Source of the DNA: an archaeon
Lineage (GTDB): Archaea; EX4484-52; WAPT01
Direction of reading: 5' to 3'
NCBI GenBank assembly: GCA_029258795.1
Contig: JAPDKB010000008.1
Location: 64,001-128,000, forward strand
DNA: 64,000 nt
The notes under the pieces were generated by a model that was not told the origin of the DNA, made no database searches, and saw only the letters and a program-made list of their open reading frames with translations. Within the stretch, counting starts at the first letter, position 1. The number at the start of each line of letters is the position of its first letter. Positions 28,669 to 38,156 of the stretch are shown here, in pieces. The position numbers and the translations under genes were made by a program.

Positions 28669-29838
28669 ATGGATGCTGAAAAGCTGAAAAAAAGGGTGGT
28701 GGATGCTTACCACTTGGGCAGATTTGCCGGGTGGGAAGGGAATAAAAACCTTGCTGTATATCGTTGGTTTCCTTACAAGGAAGCGTTTTCAAAGCAGCTG
28801 ATGGATGAGATTCTCAGCGCTCATTCCACCAAAAATGTGGAAAGAGTCCTCGACCCTTTCTGTGGGACAGGCACAACAATACTTGCGTGTCTTGAGCGCG
28901 GGATAAGCGCTGTTGGGGTTGAGGCAAGCAGGATGATGGTTGCAGTTGCGAAAACAAAAACCACACGCTATAACGCTTTCGAGCTCAGGAACAAGCTTGC
29001 GCTTTTGGTGAAAGAAGCTAAAAAGATGGATGTGGATGAGGAGGAAGTAAGAGAAGCTCTCAACAACCCTCTGCTCGCAAGAGCATTCTCTCCAAGAAAA
29101 ATGAAGGAGTTGCTCGCCCTCAAGAAAGCAATAAACAACGTTTGTGAAGATGGAAATGAAGCCCGGTTTTTTAGGCTTGCGCTTGCAACCGCTGCTTATG
29201 AAGCATCCGCACTCCTCAGAGATGGAGCGGTTTTCAAGCAAAGGAAACGGGTTAAACCCGCGCTCCTTGAAGAATTTGAAAGGCAGGCAAGCAGGATGAT
29301 TCAAGATGTTGCAAGTTTCTGGCAAAAACATGCAAAAACTCATGCAGAGACAGGCGTTGTTCATGGAGATGCGAGAAACCTTCCTTTTCATAATGAAAGC
29401 TTTGACCTTCTCATTACCTCTCCACCCTATCTTAAAAAAGAGGAGTACGTGAAGGTGTACGGAATAGAGAGGTTCTGCATGCTCAACGAAACCATGGAAA
29501 ATGCGAGCAGGTTTCTCGGCACATCCTACAGGAAGGGCGGTAAGGAGGGGGATGAAAGTGTTGAAGAAATGGTCGAATCTTATTTTAATGATCTGGGGAA
29601 GTTTCTGGTTGAGGCATTCAGGTGTTTAAGGGGGGGTGGAAGCGCGTACATCATTATTGGGGATGCGTGCATAGATGGAAAAGCATACGACTGCTGCTTT
29701 AGAACGGCTGAGATAGCAAGCAAAACCGGGTTTGAAGTGAAGCGAATATACATGTTAAATGAGAGGTGGTGTGTGAGGCAGCGCGTCTTCAAAACATCCA
29801 AAGTTTATGAGGCTGCTGTATGGATTAGAAAGCCGTAA
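28669..29838 (+). CDS. amino-DNA methyltransferase (N4-cytosine type), orphan
   Basis: LDPFCGTGT motif I, TSPPY motif IV. Confidence 0.8.
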   Translation: MDAEKLKKRVVDAYHLGRFAGWEGNKNLAVYRWFPYKEAFSKQLMDEILSAHSTKNVERVLDPFCGTGTTILACLERGISAVGVEASRMMVAVAKTKTTRYNAFELRNKLALLVKEAKKMDVDEEEVREALNNPLLARAFSPRKMKELLALKKAINNVCEDGNEARFFRLALATAAYEASALLRDGAVFKQRKRVKPALLEEFERQASRMIQDVASFWQKHAKTHAETGVVHGDARNLPFHNESFDLLITSPPYLKKEEYVKVYGIERFCMLNETMENASRFLGTSYRKGGKEGDESVEEMVESYFNDLGKFLVEAFRCLRGGGSAYIIIGDACIDGKAYDCCFRTAEIASKTGFEVKRIYMLNERWCVRQRVFKTSKVYEAAVWIRKP

Positions 29839-29898
29839 ACAGCAAGTTTTTACCTGAAAGAGGTAAAAATTAAAATTTTTTGAACAATCAGAACAACC

Positions 29899-30681
29899 AT
29901 GATAAAATTTATTCACCTTCCTGAATTCGGGATGGTTCGCTTTACATCTAAAGATGAAAGCCGCGACTACAAATTCACTCCCGAAACAACGCCACGGCTT
30001 GAATTGGGGTTGCCCTATTCTTACCTCTCCTCGCTTCCTGATGTGAAGCTGGGCGACGAGTATTATGTAAAATGTGTGGATAGTGGTTTTCGGATTCATT
30101 CCATCTACAAAAATGTTGTGAGAAAGGAGAGTGACGATTATAGGGAGGTGGGATTTGAAGAGCGCGGCAAGGTGGAAATAGGAGGTCATGAATTGTTTTT
30201 TAGGAGGAGGATGTCTCGGGTGGAGAAGGAAGAGGAGGTTGTTGAGGACGGAGTTCCTGCTTCAAAGATGGTTGGAGGTTTTGAGAGTATAATGAGGATT
30301 GGTAAAGCGAGGGAGCTGGTGGAATGTGATTACGAGAGCGAGAATGGGCTTTACCGCTTTTACACCAGAGTTAGAGGGATGGAGGCTAATGGTCCTGCAA
30401 AGGATGCAACCTACTGGCACATGTTTCCCTCCAGGAGATGGGTGCCCGAGCTCAACCTTTCAGAATACGATGTTGAGTTCTGCGGGTTTGTGAGAGAGCT
30501 CTCCCATCCCTCCTCCAAAATCAGGACAAAGGAATGGTGGATATTTCAGATGGGAGAGAATGCTGAAAAGCTACGCGCTCTTCAAGTGGTGTCAAACTTC
30601 GAAAGGGATTACGGGGAAGTGGAGACAGTGTACAGAAGCATGAAGGATAGGTTAGCAGAAACAATGGCACAGCTGGTTTGA
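29899..30681 (+). CDS. hypothetical protein
   Basis: 260-aa ORF. Confidence 0.6.
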   Translation: MIKFIHLPEFGMVRFTSKDESRDYKFTPETTPRLELGLPYSYLSSLPDVKLGDEYYVKCVDSGFRIHSIYKNVVRKESDDYREVGFEERGKVEIGGHELFFRRRMSRVEKEEEVVEDGVPASKMVGGFESIMRIGKARELVECDYESENGLYRFYTRVRGMEANGPAKDATYWHMFPSRRWVPELNLSEYDVEFCGFVRELSHPSSKIRTKEWWIFQMGENAEKLRALQVVSNFERDYGEVETVYRSMKDRLAETMAQLV

Positions 30682-30736
30682 TTTGGGAGTGATATCAGAA
30701 AAATTTATATGTAAGTTCTCAACCTTAATTACCTTT

Positions 30737-30892
30737 ATGGCGAAATGTCCTATCTGCGGGGAAAAGATAAGTCTTTCCGGTCACAGACACGTTCTTTGTA
30801 AGCATCACAAATGGTTTGTGCATCTGGAATGCTGCAAGAAAAAGTGTAGCATGCATGGCGAGCCATGCGAGCATGCTTTCAAAATCTACTGA
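30737..30892 (+). CDS. small Cys/His-rich zinc-finger-like protein
   Basis: MAKCPICG...CKHH...HLECC...C...C. Confidence 0.55.
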   Translation: MAKCPICGEKISLSGHRHVLCKHHKWFVHLECCKKKCSMHGEPCEHAFKIY

Positions 30893-31248
30893 ACGCTTAT
30901 TCTTTTGCTCATCCACGTGCCGTGAAGATTGCACCTCGCTTTTGCAAAGATTGTTGAGCTGGGCGTTGCGTGCACAAGAACTTCCACAGAAGGATGGGCA
31001 AGAGATGCCGTGAAATCAACTCTTACTGCAGGAGTGTCATCCACACAAAGCTCAATCCACTGTATAAAATGTGAGGGTTCATTGGGATGTTTGAGGTATT
31101 TTCCCACCTCAACCCTCACTCTGGCAAGCTGCTTTTCCTCATCAAAACTCAGCACATCAACATCAACATGATGTTTCTTCTCGGCATCGCTCATCTCAAC
31201 CGGATCCCAGCTTCTGGGTCTGTTCACACCGTATAGCAAGGCATTCAT
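30886..31248 (-). CDS. sor: superoxide reductase (neelaredoxin-type)
   Basis: EKKH, HPNEPSHFIQW, CNLHG iron-ligand motifs. Confidence 0.85.
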   Translation of the reverse strand: MNALLYGVNRPRSWDPVEMSDAEKKHHVDVDVLSFDEEKQLARVRVEVGKYLKHPNEPSHFIQWIELCVDDTPAVRVDFTASLAHPSVEVLVHATPSSTIFAKARCNLHGTWMSKRISVQ

Positions 31249-31320
31249 ACCCACCACCTCCGATATGAATGGTGAGCAGGAATTTTTAAAATAAAAATCT
31301 AAGCCACCAAGCTGAAAAAC

Positions 31321-32682
31321 ATGGACCTCCCTAAGGTTGAAAAGCCAACTCCTGTTCAAATTAGGAACTACTATTCCCAGCCAGAACTCATGGAGTTCAT
31401 GTTTGAAGTTGCAAAGCAGAGGGAGTTCGTGCCCGTGTATGACGGAAAATATGGCAAGAGGCCTGACATGCTGAACATGCCCGGAGATCTTAAAACCATG
31501 ATTCTAAGTGGCGCTACATCCTTCCACATGTCTGTGGAGAGGTGGCACAACCCTCTTAACCTCAGCAACGAGATGAGGCCGGATGAGATTGAGAAGCTGC
31601 GTGCCGGCTGGGACCTGATTCTTGATATTGACTGCAATGAGGGCTACATTTATGCGAGAGAAGCTGCGTTGATTCTTGTTAAGGCGTTGAAAGCGCACGG
31701 AATAAAGAATGTTTTCGTTAAGTTCTCGGGCAGCAGGGGTTTTCATGTTGCCGTGCCGTTCGAGTCCCTTCCAAAAGAGGTGGAGGGCAAGCCCATCCAG
31801 TCGTTTTATCCGGAACTGCTGCAAGGAATAGCAGCTTATCTCAAACACCTGATAAAGGAAAAGCTTGGCCAGGAGCTTTTGCGCAAGTATCCGGAGCTTT
31901 ACGAAAAGATTGCTGTTGATGATGAGAGGGTTGATCCTTACAAAATCATGGAGATAGAGGAAAACTGGTCGGTCAGGCATCTGTTCAGGGCTCCTTACTC
32001 CTTAAACGAGAAGACGTGGTTGGTTAGCACCCCCCTAAGAGTTGAGGAAATTCCATCGTTTAAAGCCGAGATGGCAGCAATTGAAAGAGTTAAGGTTGGA
32101 AGCGCGGGATTTCTGACGAGATGGGAGGAGGGTGAAGCGGAAAACCTTATATTTGAGGTGCTGGATTTCATGAGCAGGAGGGTGGATGAAAAAAGATTGA
32201 GTGTTTCCTCCGAGGTTGAGAGAGGTGCTGGCTTCAGAGAGGTGAGGAGTGACGCTTACCTTAAAAACAGAGTTGATGAAAGGTTTTTCCCTCCATGCAT
32301 AAAGAAAGGGCTTGAAGGGCTTGAGGATGGTAGAAAGAGGTTTCTGTTCGTGCTGATTAACTTTCTAAAATTGATGAGGTGGAAGCCAGAGGAGATAAAG
32401 AGTTTGGTGTGGGAGTGGAACAAAAGGAACAAGGAGCCGCTCCGCGATTCATATGTCAGGGGTCAGCTAAAATATGCTTTCAAGAAGCAGATGGCTTACA
32501 TCCCTCCGAACTGCGATAACAAGGATTATTATCCAGACATAAAAATTTGCGAGAAGGACTCATTGTGTGAGAAGATAAGAAATCCCTTATCCTATACTCT
32601 CACCAGATACACGCTCTACCTCAAGAAGTCGGGAAAAAAGAGAGGGAGGAAAATCGGAACTAGAACAGGTAAAAGAAAATGA
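31321..32682 (+). CDS. priS: fused DNA primase (PriS catalytic domain + PriL/PriX-type C-terminal domain)
   Basis: WDLILDID, KFSGSRGFH, RAPYS then FPPCI, GRKR, PPNC, NPLSY. Confidence 0.88.
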   Translation: MDLPKVEKPTPVQIRNYYSQPELMEFMFEVAKQREFVPVYDGKYGKRPDMLNMPGDLKTMILSGATSFHMSVERWHNPLNLSNEMRPDEIEKLRAGWDLILDIDCNEGYIYAREAALILVKALKAHGIKNVFVKFSGSRGFHVAVPFESLPKEVEGKPIQSFYPELLQGIAAYLKHLIKEKLGQELLRKYPELYEKIAVDDERVDPYKIMEIEENWSVRHLFRAPYSLNEKTWLVSTPLRVEEIPSFKAEMAAIERVKVGSAGFLTRWEEGEAENLIFEVLDFMSRRVDEKRLSVSSEVERGAGFREVRSDAYLKNRVDERFFPPCIKKGLEGLEDGRKRFLFVLINFLKLMRWKPEEIKSLVWEWNKRNKEPLRDSYVRGQLKYAFKKQMAYIPPNCDNKDYYPDIKICEKDSLCEKIRNPLSYTLTRYTLYLKKSGKKRGRKIGTRTGKRK

Positions 32683-33598
32683 ACCCGTATTTTGCCGTTA
32701 CCAGCAATGATAAAAAGAAGGTTGGAGCGTAGCGCACACCTTCCTTTATCTTGATTTTACCCTTTCGCTCCGTCTTCAGCTTTCCGGATTTCCATGCTTT
32801 CTTTATGAAGTCCACATCCTGTTTTGTCAGACCCACGAAAAGCTTTGAGCTGAACCTTTTCGTTGGAGTTTTGACATCTTCAGCGAGCACATCCCCCTCC
32901 TTCAACTTTTGGATGCTTATGTATCTCATAAAAACGTTTCTATCAGCATGTCTGGCGAAGTTAAGCAGGATGAAGAGCAGGAACATGATCGCGGTGTATT
33001 TAGCTCCCACTAAAACCATCTCCATTGCGATGCTCTCGTTGAGTGGAGAGAGGTAAAGATACGCTGTGCAGCCCATCACCAGAGGTATGGAAGCCACCAC
33101 ACCTTTAATCCGCATCCCTTCAAAGCTGGCTTTCAGCAGCTCACTTTTCTTCTCAGCATATAAAAGCGCGTAAATCAGGGTAAAGAGGATAGCATATATT
33201 GCTCCTACCACAAAACAGTTTATGAGAAATGCGACGGGGTAGAAAAGTAAGTGATTGACAGCCATCAAATTCGGGTGGAAGAAGCTCAGCGGTTTTGGTA
33301 CTGCAAATCCTATCGATGCTAAAATCAATACGTCAGCTTCACCCCACTGTCCTGTGGAGAAAAGCGCGTATCCCAGCACGAGGAAAATTGTGGCTGTGGC
33401 AAAAGCTATGAATATGTCATCCCACTGGGAGAAAACCACACCCCTGCCAAGATAAATCAGAAGTGCTCCCACAAAACCCCCAAGCGGAACAAAATCTGGG
33501 ATTTCGGTGGTTTTGATATCATATATTGCTCCTGCAAGGGATGTTAGACATGCTATCAGGAAAAGCGTGTGGTCTGAGAGGATGAGCGAGACATCCAT
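32660..33598 (-). CDS. prepilin/preflagellin peptidase (A24)
   Basis: YDIKTTEIPD and GQWGEAD catalytic Asp motifs; EGDVL; RYAP. Confidence 0.88.
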   Translation of the reverse strand: MDVSLILSDHTLFLIACLTSLAGAIYDIKTTEIPDFVPLGGFVGALLIYLGRGVVFSQWDDIFIAFATATIFLVLGYALFSTGQWGEADVLILASIGFAVPKPLSFFHPNLMAVNHLLFYPVAFLINCFVVGAIYAILFTLIYALLYAEKKSELLKASFEGMRIKGVVASIPLVMGCTAYLYLSPLNESIAMEMVLVGAKYTAIMFLLFILLNFARHADRNVFMRYISIQKLKEGDVLAEDVKTPTKRFSSKLFVGLTKQDVDFIKKAWKSGKLKTERKGKIKIKEGVRYAPTFFLSLLVTAKYGFIFFYLF

Positions 33599-33618
33599 GC
33601 AAATACACCGGATTTAGT

Positions 33619-34200
33619 TCACTTCTTTTTGGTTTTTCTTGTGGACTTGGCCTTTTCCTTCTTTTTGGTGCTGCTTTTCTTTCTGGTTGAAAGCAGGATT
33701 TCCGCTGCCTCTGTTAAGCTTGAAACTTCATGTTTTGGCATTTCTTCCTCAAACTCCGCATCCCTGTCAGCATATTTTCCTCTTCTCACTCTTATCGTCT
33801 TTATTCCCGCAAGGTTGCCGAGCAAGATGTCTCTATCTGGTCTGTCACCCACCATCCAGAAGTTGCGCAAGTCAAACTTCCTCTCAAATTTATCGTAGAG
33901 TAGGGTGCGTATCACTCCAATAATTCGGGGGTCCGGTTTTCTCATATCATAATCGGTTGCGCTCACCACAAGATCAAAGTAAGGGTAAAGGAGGTGCGAG
34001 CTTAATATTTCCTTTATCTTGGCTTCTGTGTGGTTGCTTAATAGGACAACCACATATTCTTTTCTGACCTTTTCGAGGAATTTTAGCGCATCTTCCACAA
34101 GCTCATTACCGCTAACCAGCGTTTCCTCTAAGTCAACTATCAGTACCTTCCTTCTGCTGTCTTTTTCCTTCTTATCACTCTCTTTTTTAATAGCCGCCAT
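33619..34200 (-). CDS. HAD-family hydrolase
   Basis: DLEETL, LSN, KPDP, VGDRPDRD. Confidence 0.85.
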   Translation of the reverse strand: MAAIKKESDKKEKDSRRKVLIVDLEETLVSGNELVEDALKFLEKVRKEYVVVLLSNHTEAKIKEILSSHLLYPYFDLVVSATDYDMRKPDPRIIGVIRTLLYDKFERKFDLRNFWMVGDRPDRDILLGNLAGIKTIRVRRGKYADRDAEFEEEMPKHEVSSLTEAAEILLSTRKKSSTKKKEKAKSTRKTKKK

Positions 34201-34219
34201 TTTCCATCCCGTTCTGCTT

Positions 34220-34720
34220 TCACTCCCTTAATCTCCTGAAAGTATCTTCCATGACTGCTGGAGGAATGTCGAGGGTTGGCAGCGCTGCCAGAAGATTCAT
34301 GTCCACCTTCTTGCTGGAATAGGTTGGGATGATGTGCGTTACAAAATGCCCTGTCATCTGGCCGCTGGAAAATCCGTTCTGTGAAACAACTGTGTATCCG
34401 GTTATGTAGAGCTTCCTCCTCATCTTCCTTACCACGCTCTTGATGGTGTGCGCGTACTCCGCCATCTCCTTCATATCCATCTCTTCAAAGTGTGCTATGT
34501 GTCTCTTGGGGAACACCAGCACATGCCCTATGGCTTTAGGGTTTATCTCCAGCACCGCCATGAAGCTGCTGTTCTCTTCCACCACCATTGCGGGCAGCTG
34601 CTTTGCAAGTATCTTGCAAAACACACACTCCTGAAATTCCTGAGGTACATGCTTCTCCTGCTCCTCTCCTTTCTCTGCCCTTACCTCTCCTTCAATTTGA
34701 GTTGCTTCATTCTCCATCAT
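34220..34720 (-). CDS. HIT family protein (degenerate triad)
   Basis: CVFCKI, GHVLVFPKRH, GQMTGHFVTHIIP. Confidence 0.8.
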   Translation of the reverse strand: MMENEATQIEGEVRAEKGEEQEKHVPQEFQECVFCKILAKQLPAMVVEENSSFMAVLEINPKAIGHVLVFPKRHIAHFEEMDMKEMAEYAHTIKSVVRKMRRKLYITGYTVVSQNGFSSGQMTGHFVTHIIPTYSSKKVDMNLLAALPTLDIPPAVMEDTFRRLRE

Positions 34721-34734
34721 GAAATCACACCTTT

Positions 34735-35331
34735 TTATTCAGCGGGCTTAACCACAAACCTACACACCTTATCTCCCTTAGCCACACATTCCGTCTCAAT
34801 GCAATCGAGCTTTCTTCCTCCTATTGCCTCGGCAGCCCCTGCTATAAATCCGCGCAGCAACGAGCAAACGGGTTTGTCCGTTTTTATGTTGTTTCTAACG
34901 TACCAAGTTGCCACAAATGAGTTTTCAACCACAATCACTGACTCGCCCTCCCAGTCCAGCTTTTCAAGCGTGCCTTTTCCATAACCGTATGCTGACAGGA
35001 GGTCCACAACCTTATTAGCTACTGCATCCCTGCCCTTCTTGGTTTTGGCAAGTAGCTTAAGTGGCGGGAAGTGATTCATGTAATACAATACCACTGCCTT
35101 CACATGCTCTTTTGCGACATCATAGATTATCGCGTCAGCTGCATTACCTATAACCTCTCTCATTCTCTCGCGCATGTCCGAGTAGAAGCCGTTGAAAACT
35201 ATTGCGTGTCTCCTGCCACCAATGGTTAACTCTCCCTTTTCCGGATCAAATTTCGCTGCTTTTATCCATTCCATCACTCCCTTTTCTTTCTCCTTATCTT
35301 CCTTCTTTTTACCAAGTATTTTTGCGGACAT
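34735..35331 (-). CDS. V4R domain protein
   Basis: GYG, PVC..RG..AG, ETECVAKGDKVCRF. Confidence 0.85.
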   Translation of the reverse strand: MSAKILGKKKEDKEKEKGVMEWIKAAKFDPEKGELTIGGRRHAIVFNGFYSDMRERMREVIGNAADAIIYDVAKEHVKAVVLYYMNHFPPLKLLAKTKKGRDAVANKVVDLLSAYGYGKGTLEKLDWEGESVIVVENSFVATWYVRNNIKTDKPVCSLLRGFIAGAAEAIGGRKLDCIETECVAKGDKVCRFVVKPAE

Positions 35332-35447
35332 ATAATACTCACCTGGTTTTCTTTTTTTGAATTTTAATTATCCAGACAAACTTTCTGTATGGATCAACTA
35401 CCTTATATAATTTTTTGTTTTGTTCGTCAATAGTTATGATTGATGGA

Positions 35448-35520
35448 TTTTGTATACTGACATGAACATAAAATATTTAAAGTTTGTATCCACACTTTTG
35501 TATACCGACATGAACATAAA
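35448..35520. repeat. 25-bp direct repeat pair upstream of the thermosome gene
   Basis: TTTTGTATACTGACATGAACATAAA (35448-35472) and TTTTGTATACCGACATGAACATAAA (35496-35520), one mismatch. Confidence 0.85.
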
Positions 35521-35568
35521 CATCGTTTTGGTTCTGAACCAAAAATTATGGTATGGAGGTGATGTGAG

Positions 35569-37206
35569 ATGTATGGAGGTGGAGGAGCGGCTCAACCAAT
35601 TTTGATACTACCCGAAAATGTGATAAGGCAGACAGGTAGAACCGCTCAAAAAAACAACATCGCTGCAGCAATAGCAATAGCGGAAACTGTAAAAACGACT
35701 TTGGGTCCAAGAGGAATGGACAAGATGCTGGTGGACAGCATAGGAGATATAGTGATAACAAACGACGGTGTGACTATTCTGGAGGAAATGGAGATAGAAC
35801 ACCCAGCAGCAAAGATGCTGGTGGAGGTGGCTAAAGCGCAGAATGAAGAGGTGGGAGATGGAACAACCACTGCAGTGGTTATAGCTGGAGAGTTGTTGAA
35901 GGAAGCTGAAGACCTTCTTGACAAGAACATCCACCCGACAATAATCGCTCATGGATACAGGATGGCGAAGGATAAAGCCATAGAGGTGCTGGAGAAAATA
36001 TCCAAACCTGTCACCCTGAAAGACAAGGATGTTCTCAAGAAAATTGCAATGACATCCATGACTGGAAAGAATGCGGAAGTGGCAAGGGATAATCTTGCAG
36101 AGCTTGTTGTTGAAGCCGTGCTGACCGTTGCGGAAGAGGATAAGGGCAGGGTTGTTGTGGACCTTGACAGGATAAAGGTGGAGAAGAAGGAGGGAGCCTC
36201 AACCTCAGAGTCCGAACTCATTAAGGGTATTGTGCTGGACAAGGAGAAGGTCCATCCAGCGATGCCAACAAGAGTGGAGAATGCAAAGATTGCTCTTGTG
36301 GATATGGCACTTGAAGTAAAGGGTCCTGAGACCGATGCACAGATCAGGATAACGGATCCGAGCCAGCTCCAGGCGTTCATAGAACAGGAGGAAAAGATGC
36401 TCAGAGAGATGGTTGAGAAAATAGCGGCAACAGGAGCAAACGTCGTGTTCTGCCAGAAGGGTATAGATGACCTGGCACAGCACTTCCTTGCTAAGAAAGG
36501 CATTCTTGCTGTCAGGAGAGTGAAGAAATCCGATATGGAAGCGCTGGCAAGGGCAACCGGAGGTAAGATAGTGACCACACTCGATGATCTTAGCAAAGAG
36601 GATTTGGGACATGCAGGAGTGGTGGAAGAGAAGAAGGTTGCAGGAGAGGCAATGATATTTGTGCGTGATTGCAAGGATCCGAAGTCAGTGACTCTGCTTG
36701 TGAGAGGAGGCACAGAACACGTGGTGGAAGAGGTTTACAGGGCTGTTGAGGATGCTCTCGGAGCTGTGGCCTCAGCACTTGAAAGCGGAAAGGTCGTTGC
36801 GGGAGGTGGAGCTGCGGAGGCAGAAGTGGCAAGGGAGCTCAGGAGGTATGCTGAAAAAGTTGGTGGTAGAGAGCAGCTGGCTATAAACGCTTTTGCCAAC
36901 GCTGTTGAAGCAATATCGAAGGCGCTTGCAGAAAATGCCGGAATGGATCCAATAGACACGCTCGTGGAGCTCAGGGCAAGGCACGACAAGGGTGAGGTTT
37001 CAGCGGGAGTTGATGTAATAGAGGGTAAGGTCGATGACATGGAGAAGCTCGGCGTTATTGAGCCACTGAAGGTCAAGACGCAAGCAATAAAGAGCGCTGC
37101 AGAAGCTGCAGAGATGATACTGCGCATAGATGACGTGATAGCAGCTAAGAAGACCGGTGGAGGCAAGGAGAGTGGTGGAGAGAACTTCGGCGCTGATTTC
37201 GAGTGA
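35569..37206 (+). CDS. ths: thermosome (group II chaperonin) subunit
   Basis: [29 protein letters not shown]. Confidence 0.97.
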   Translation: MYGGGGAAQPILILPENVIRQTGRTAQKNNIAAAIAIAETVKTTLGPRGMDKMLVDSIGDIVITNDGVTILEEMEIEHPAAKMLVEVAKAQNEEVGDGTTTAVVIAGELLKEAEDLLDKNIHPTIIAHGYRMAKDKAIEVLEKISKPVTLKDKDVLKKIAMTSMTGKNAEVARDNLAELVVEAVLTVAEEDKGRVVVDLDRIKVEKKEGASTSESELIKGIVLDKEKVHPAMPTRVENAKIALVDMALEVKGPETDAQIRITDPSQLQAFIEQEEKMLREMVEKIAATGANVVFCQKGIDDLAQHFLAKKGILAVRRVKKSDMEALARATGGKIVTTLDDLSKEDLGHAGVVEEKKVAGEAMIFVRDCKDPKSVTLLVRGGTEHVVEEVYRAVEDALGAVASALESGKVVAGGGAAEAEVARELRRYAEKVGGREQLAINAFANAVEAISKALAENAGMDPIDTLVELRARHDKGEVSAGVDVIEGKVDDMEKLGVIEPLKVKTQAIKSAAEAAEMILRIDDVIAAKKTGGGKESGGENFGADFE

Positions 37207-37213
37207 ATGTGAG

Positions 37214-37238
37214 GAAAGGGCTTCGGCCCTTTCTTTTT
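37214..37238 (+). terminator. hairpin + T-tract terminator
   Basis: GAAAGGGC-TTCG-GCCCTTTC-TTTTT. Confidence 0.8.
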
Positions 37239-37298
37239 AGAATTTTTCTGAACAGTATTGAAAACCTTTAAATATTTTTATCACTATATAGTAGTTAC

Positions 37299-38123
37299 AT
37301 GAAGATTGAAGAAATTGTTAGAGAAATTAAAGACAAATATTATGCTTGCAGAAGATTAAAATCATCTTCCATCGATTCTCTTTGGAGTGAGGCAGTATAT
37401 TTTTTGCTCGTGATGGACTGGGAAGACATGATAAGGGTCGTTGAGTGGCCGGAGAAGCTTGTGGGCGATCTCGCGGCAAGATATGAAAAAAGCAAAGAAG
37501 AATTTTATGACCACATTCGTGAGAAATACAGAGAGAAATACGGAGTCCTTCTATCTGAAGAACCACAAAAGAGCACAACATGGCATTTCTTAGGTGACGA
37601 AAAAACTCATCGAAAGGCAATTAGAGGTAGGGATGGTGGGATTTACCTTCCAAAAATTTACATTAAGGTTGGTAGCAATCATCTTGCGGAAGAAGGTGGA
37701 ATGGAAAGATACTTCAATATGCTTGGGAAAGTGACAGAATTACTTTTGAACAAAGATTGGTTTTGCAAGTTAAAGATGCCGAAAGATTTCGGGAAGTATG
37801 TTGTAAGGAAGGACGGCTGTATTTTTTATCTAAAAGATCATGATGCTGTGGGATTGAGCGAATCTTTGAACGACATCTATAGAGTCGTACGTAATACTTT
37901 CGGAAAAGATGCACGGCTCGTGCTAGGCTACGACAGAATAAAAGATGGAGGAGAAGACAGCTATTCAGAGGTTCTCGCCAACACTATCGTGGAACTGAGT
38001 AGAAGCAACAACTACAGAAATATGGGTGAGGCGCTTAGAGATGCGATCTTGCAAATTGAGAAAAACATTGGTGGTGTTTACGGGCATCTAGCTAGAGATT
38101 TCGGCCCGTTCACCAACATTTAA
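37299..38123 (+). CDS. hypothetical protein, possible HopA1-like domain
   Basis: KIYIKV...FCKLK...YVVRKDGCIFYL...DSYS pattern. Confidence 0.5.
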   Translation: MKIEEIVREIKDKYYACRRLKSSSIDSLWSEAVYFLLVMDWEDMIRVVEWPEKLVGDLAARYEKSKEEFYDHIREKYREKYGVLLSEEPQKSTTWHFLGDEKTHRKAIRGRDGGIYLPKIYIKVGSNHLAEEGGMERYFNMLGKVTELLLNKDWFCKLKMPKDFGKYVVRKDGCIFYLKDHDAVGLSESLNDIYRVVRNTFGKDARLVLGYDRIKDGGEDSYSEVLANTIVELSRSNNYRNMGEALRDAILQIEKNIGGVYGHLARDFGPFTNI

Positions 38124-38156
38124 AAGTTTTAGAAACCCATTTTACTGAGGGTTCTC

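Noticed and set aside
35448-35520. Mini CRISPR array
   Set aside because: Only two units with a 23-nt spacer that contains a TATA-like box; no cas genes in the window
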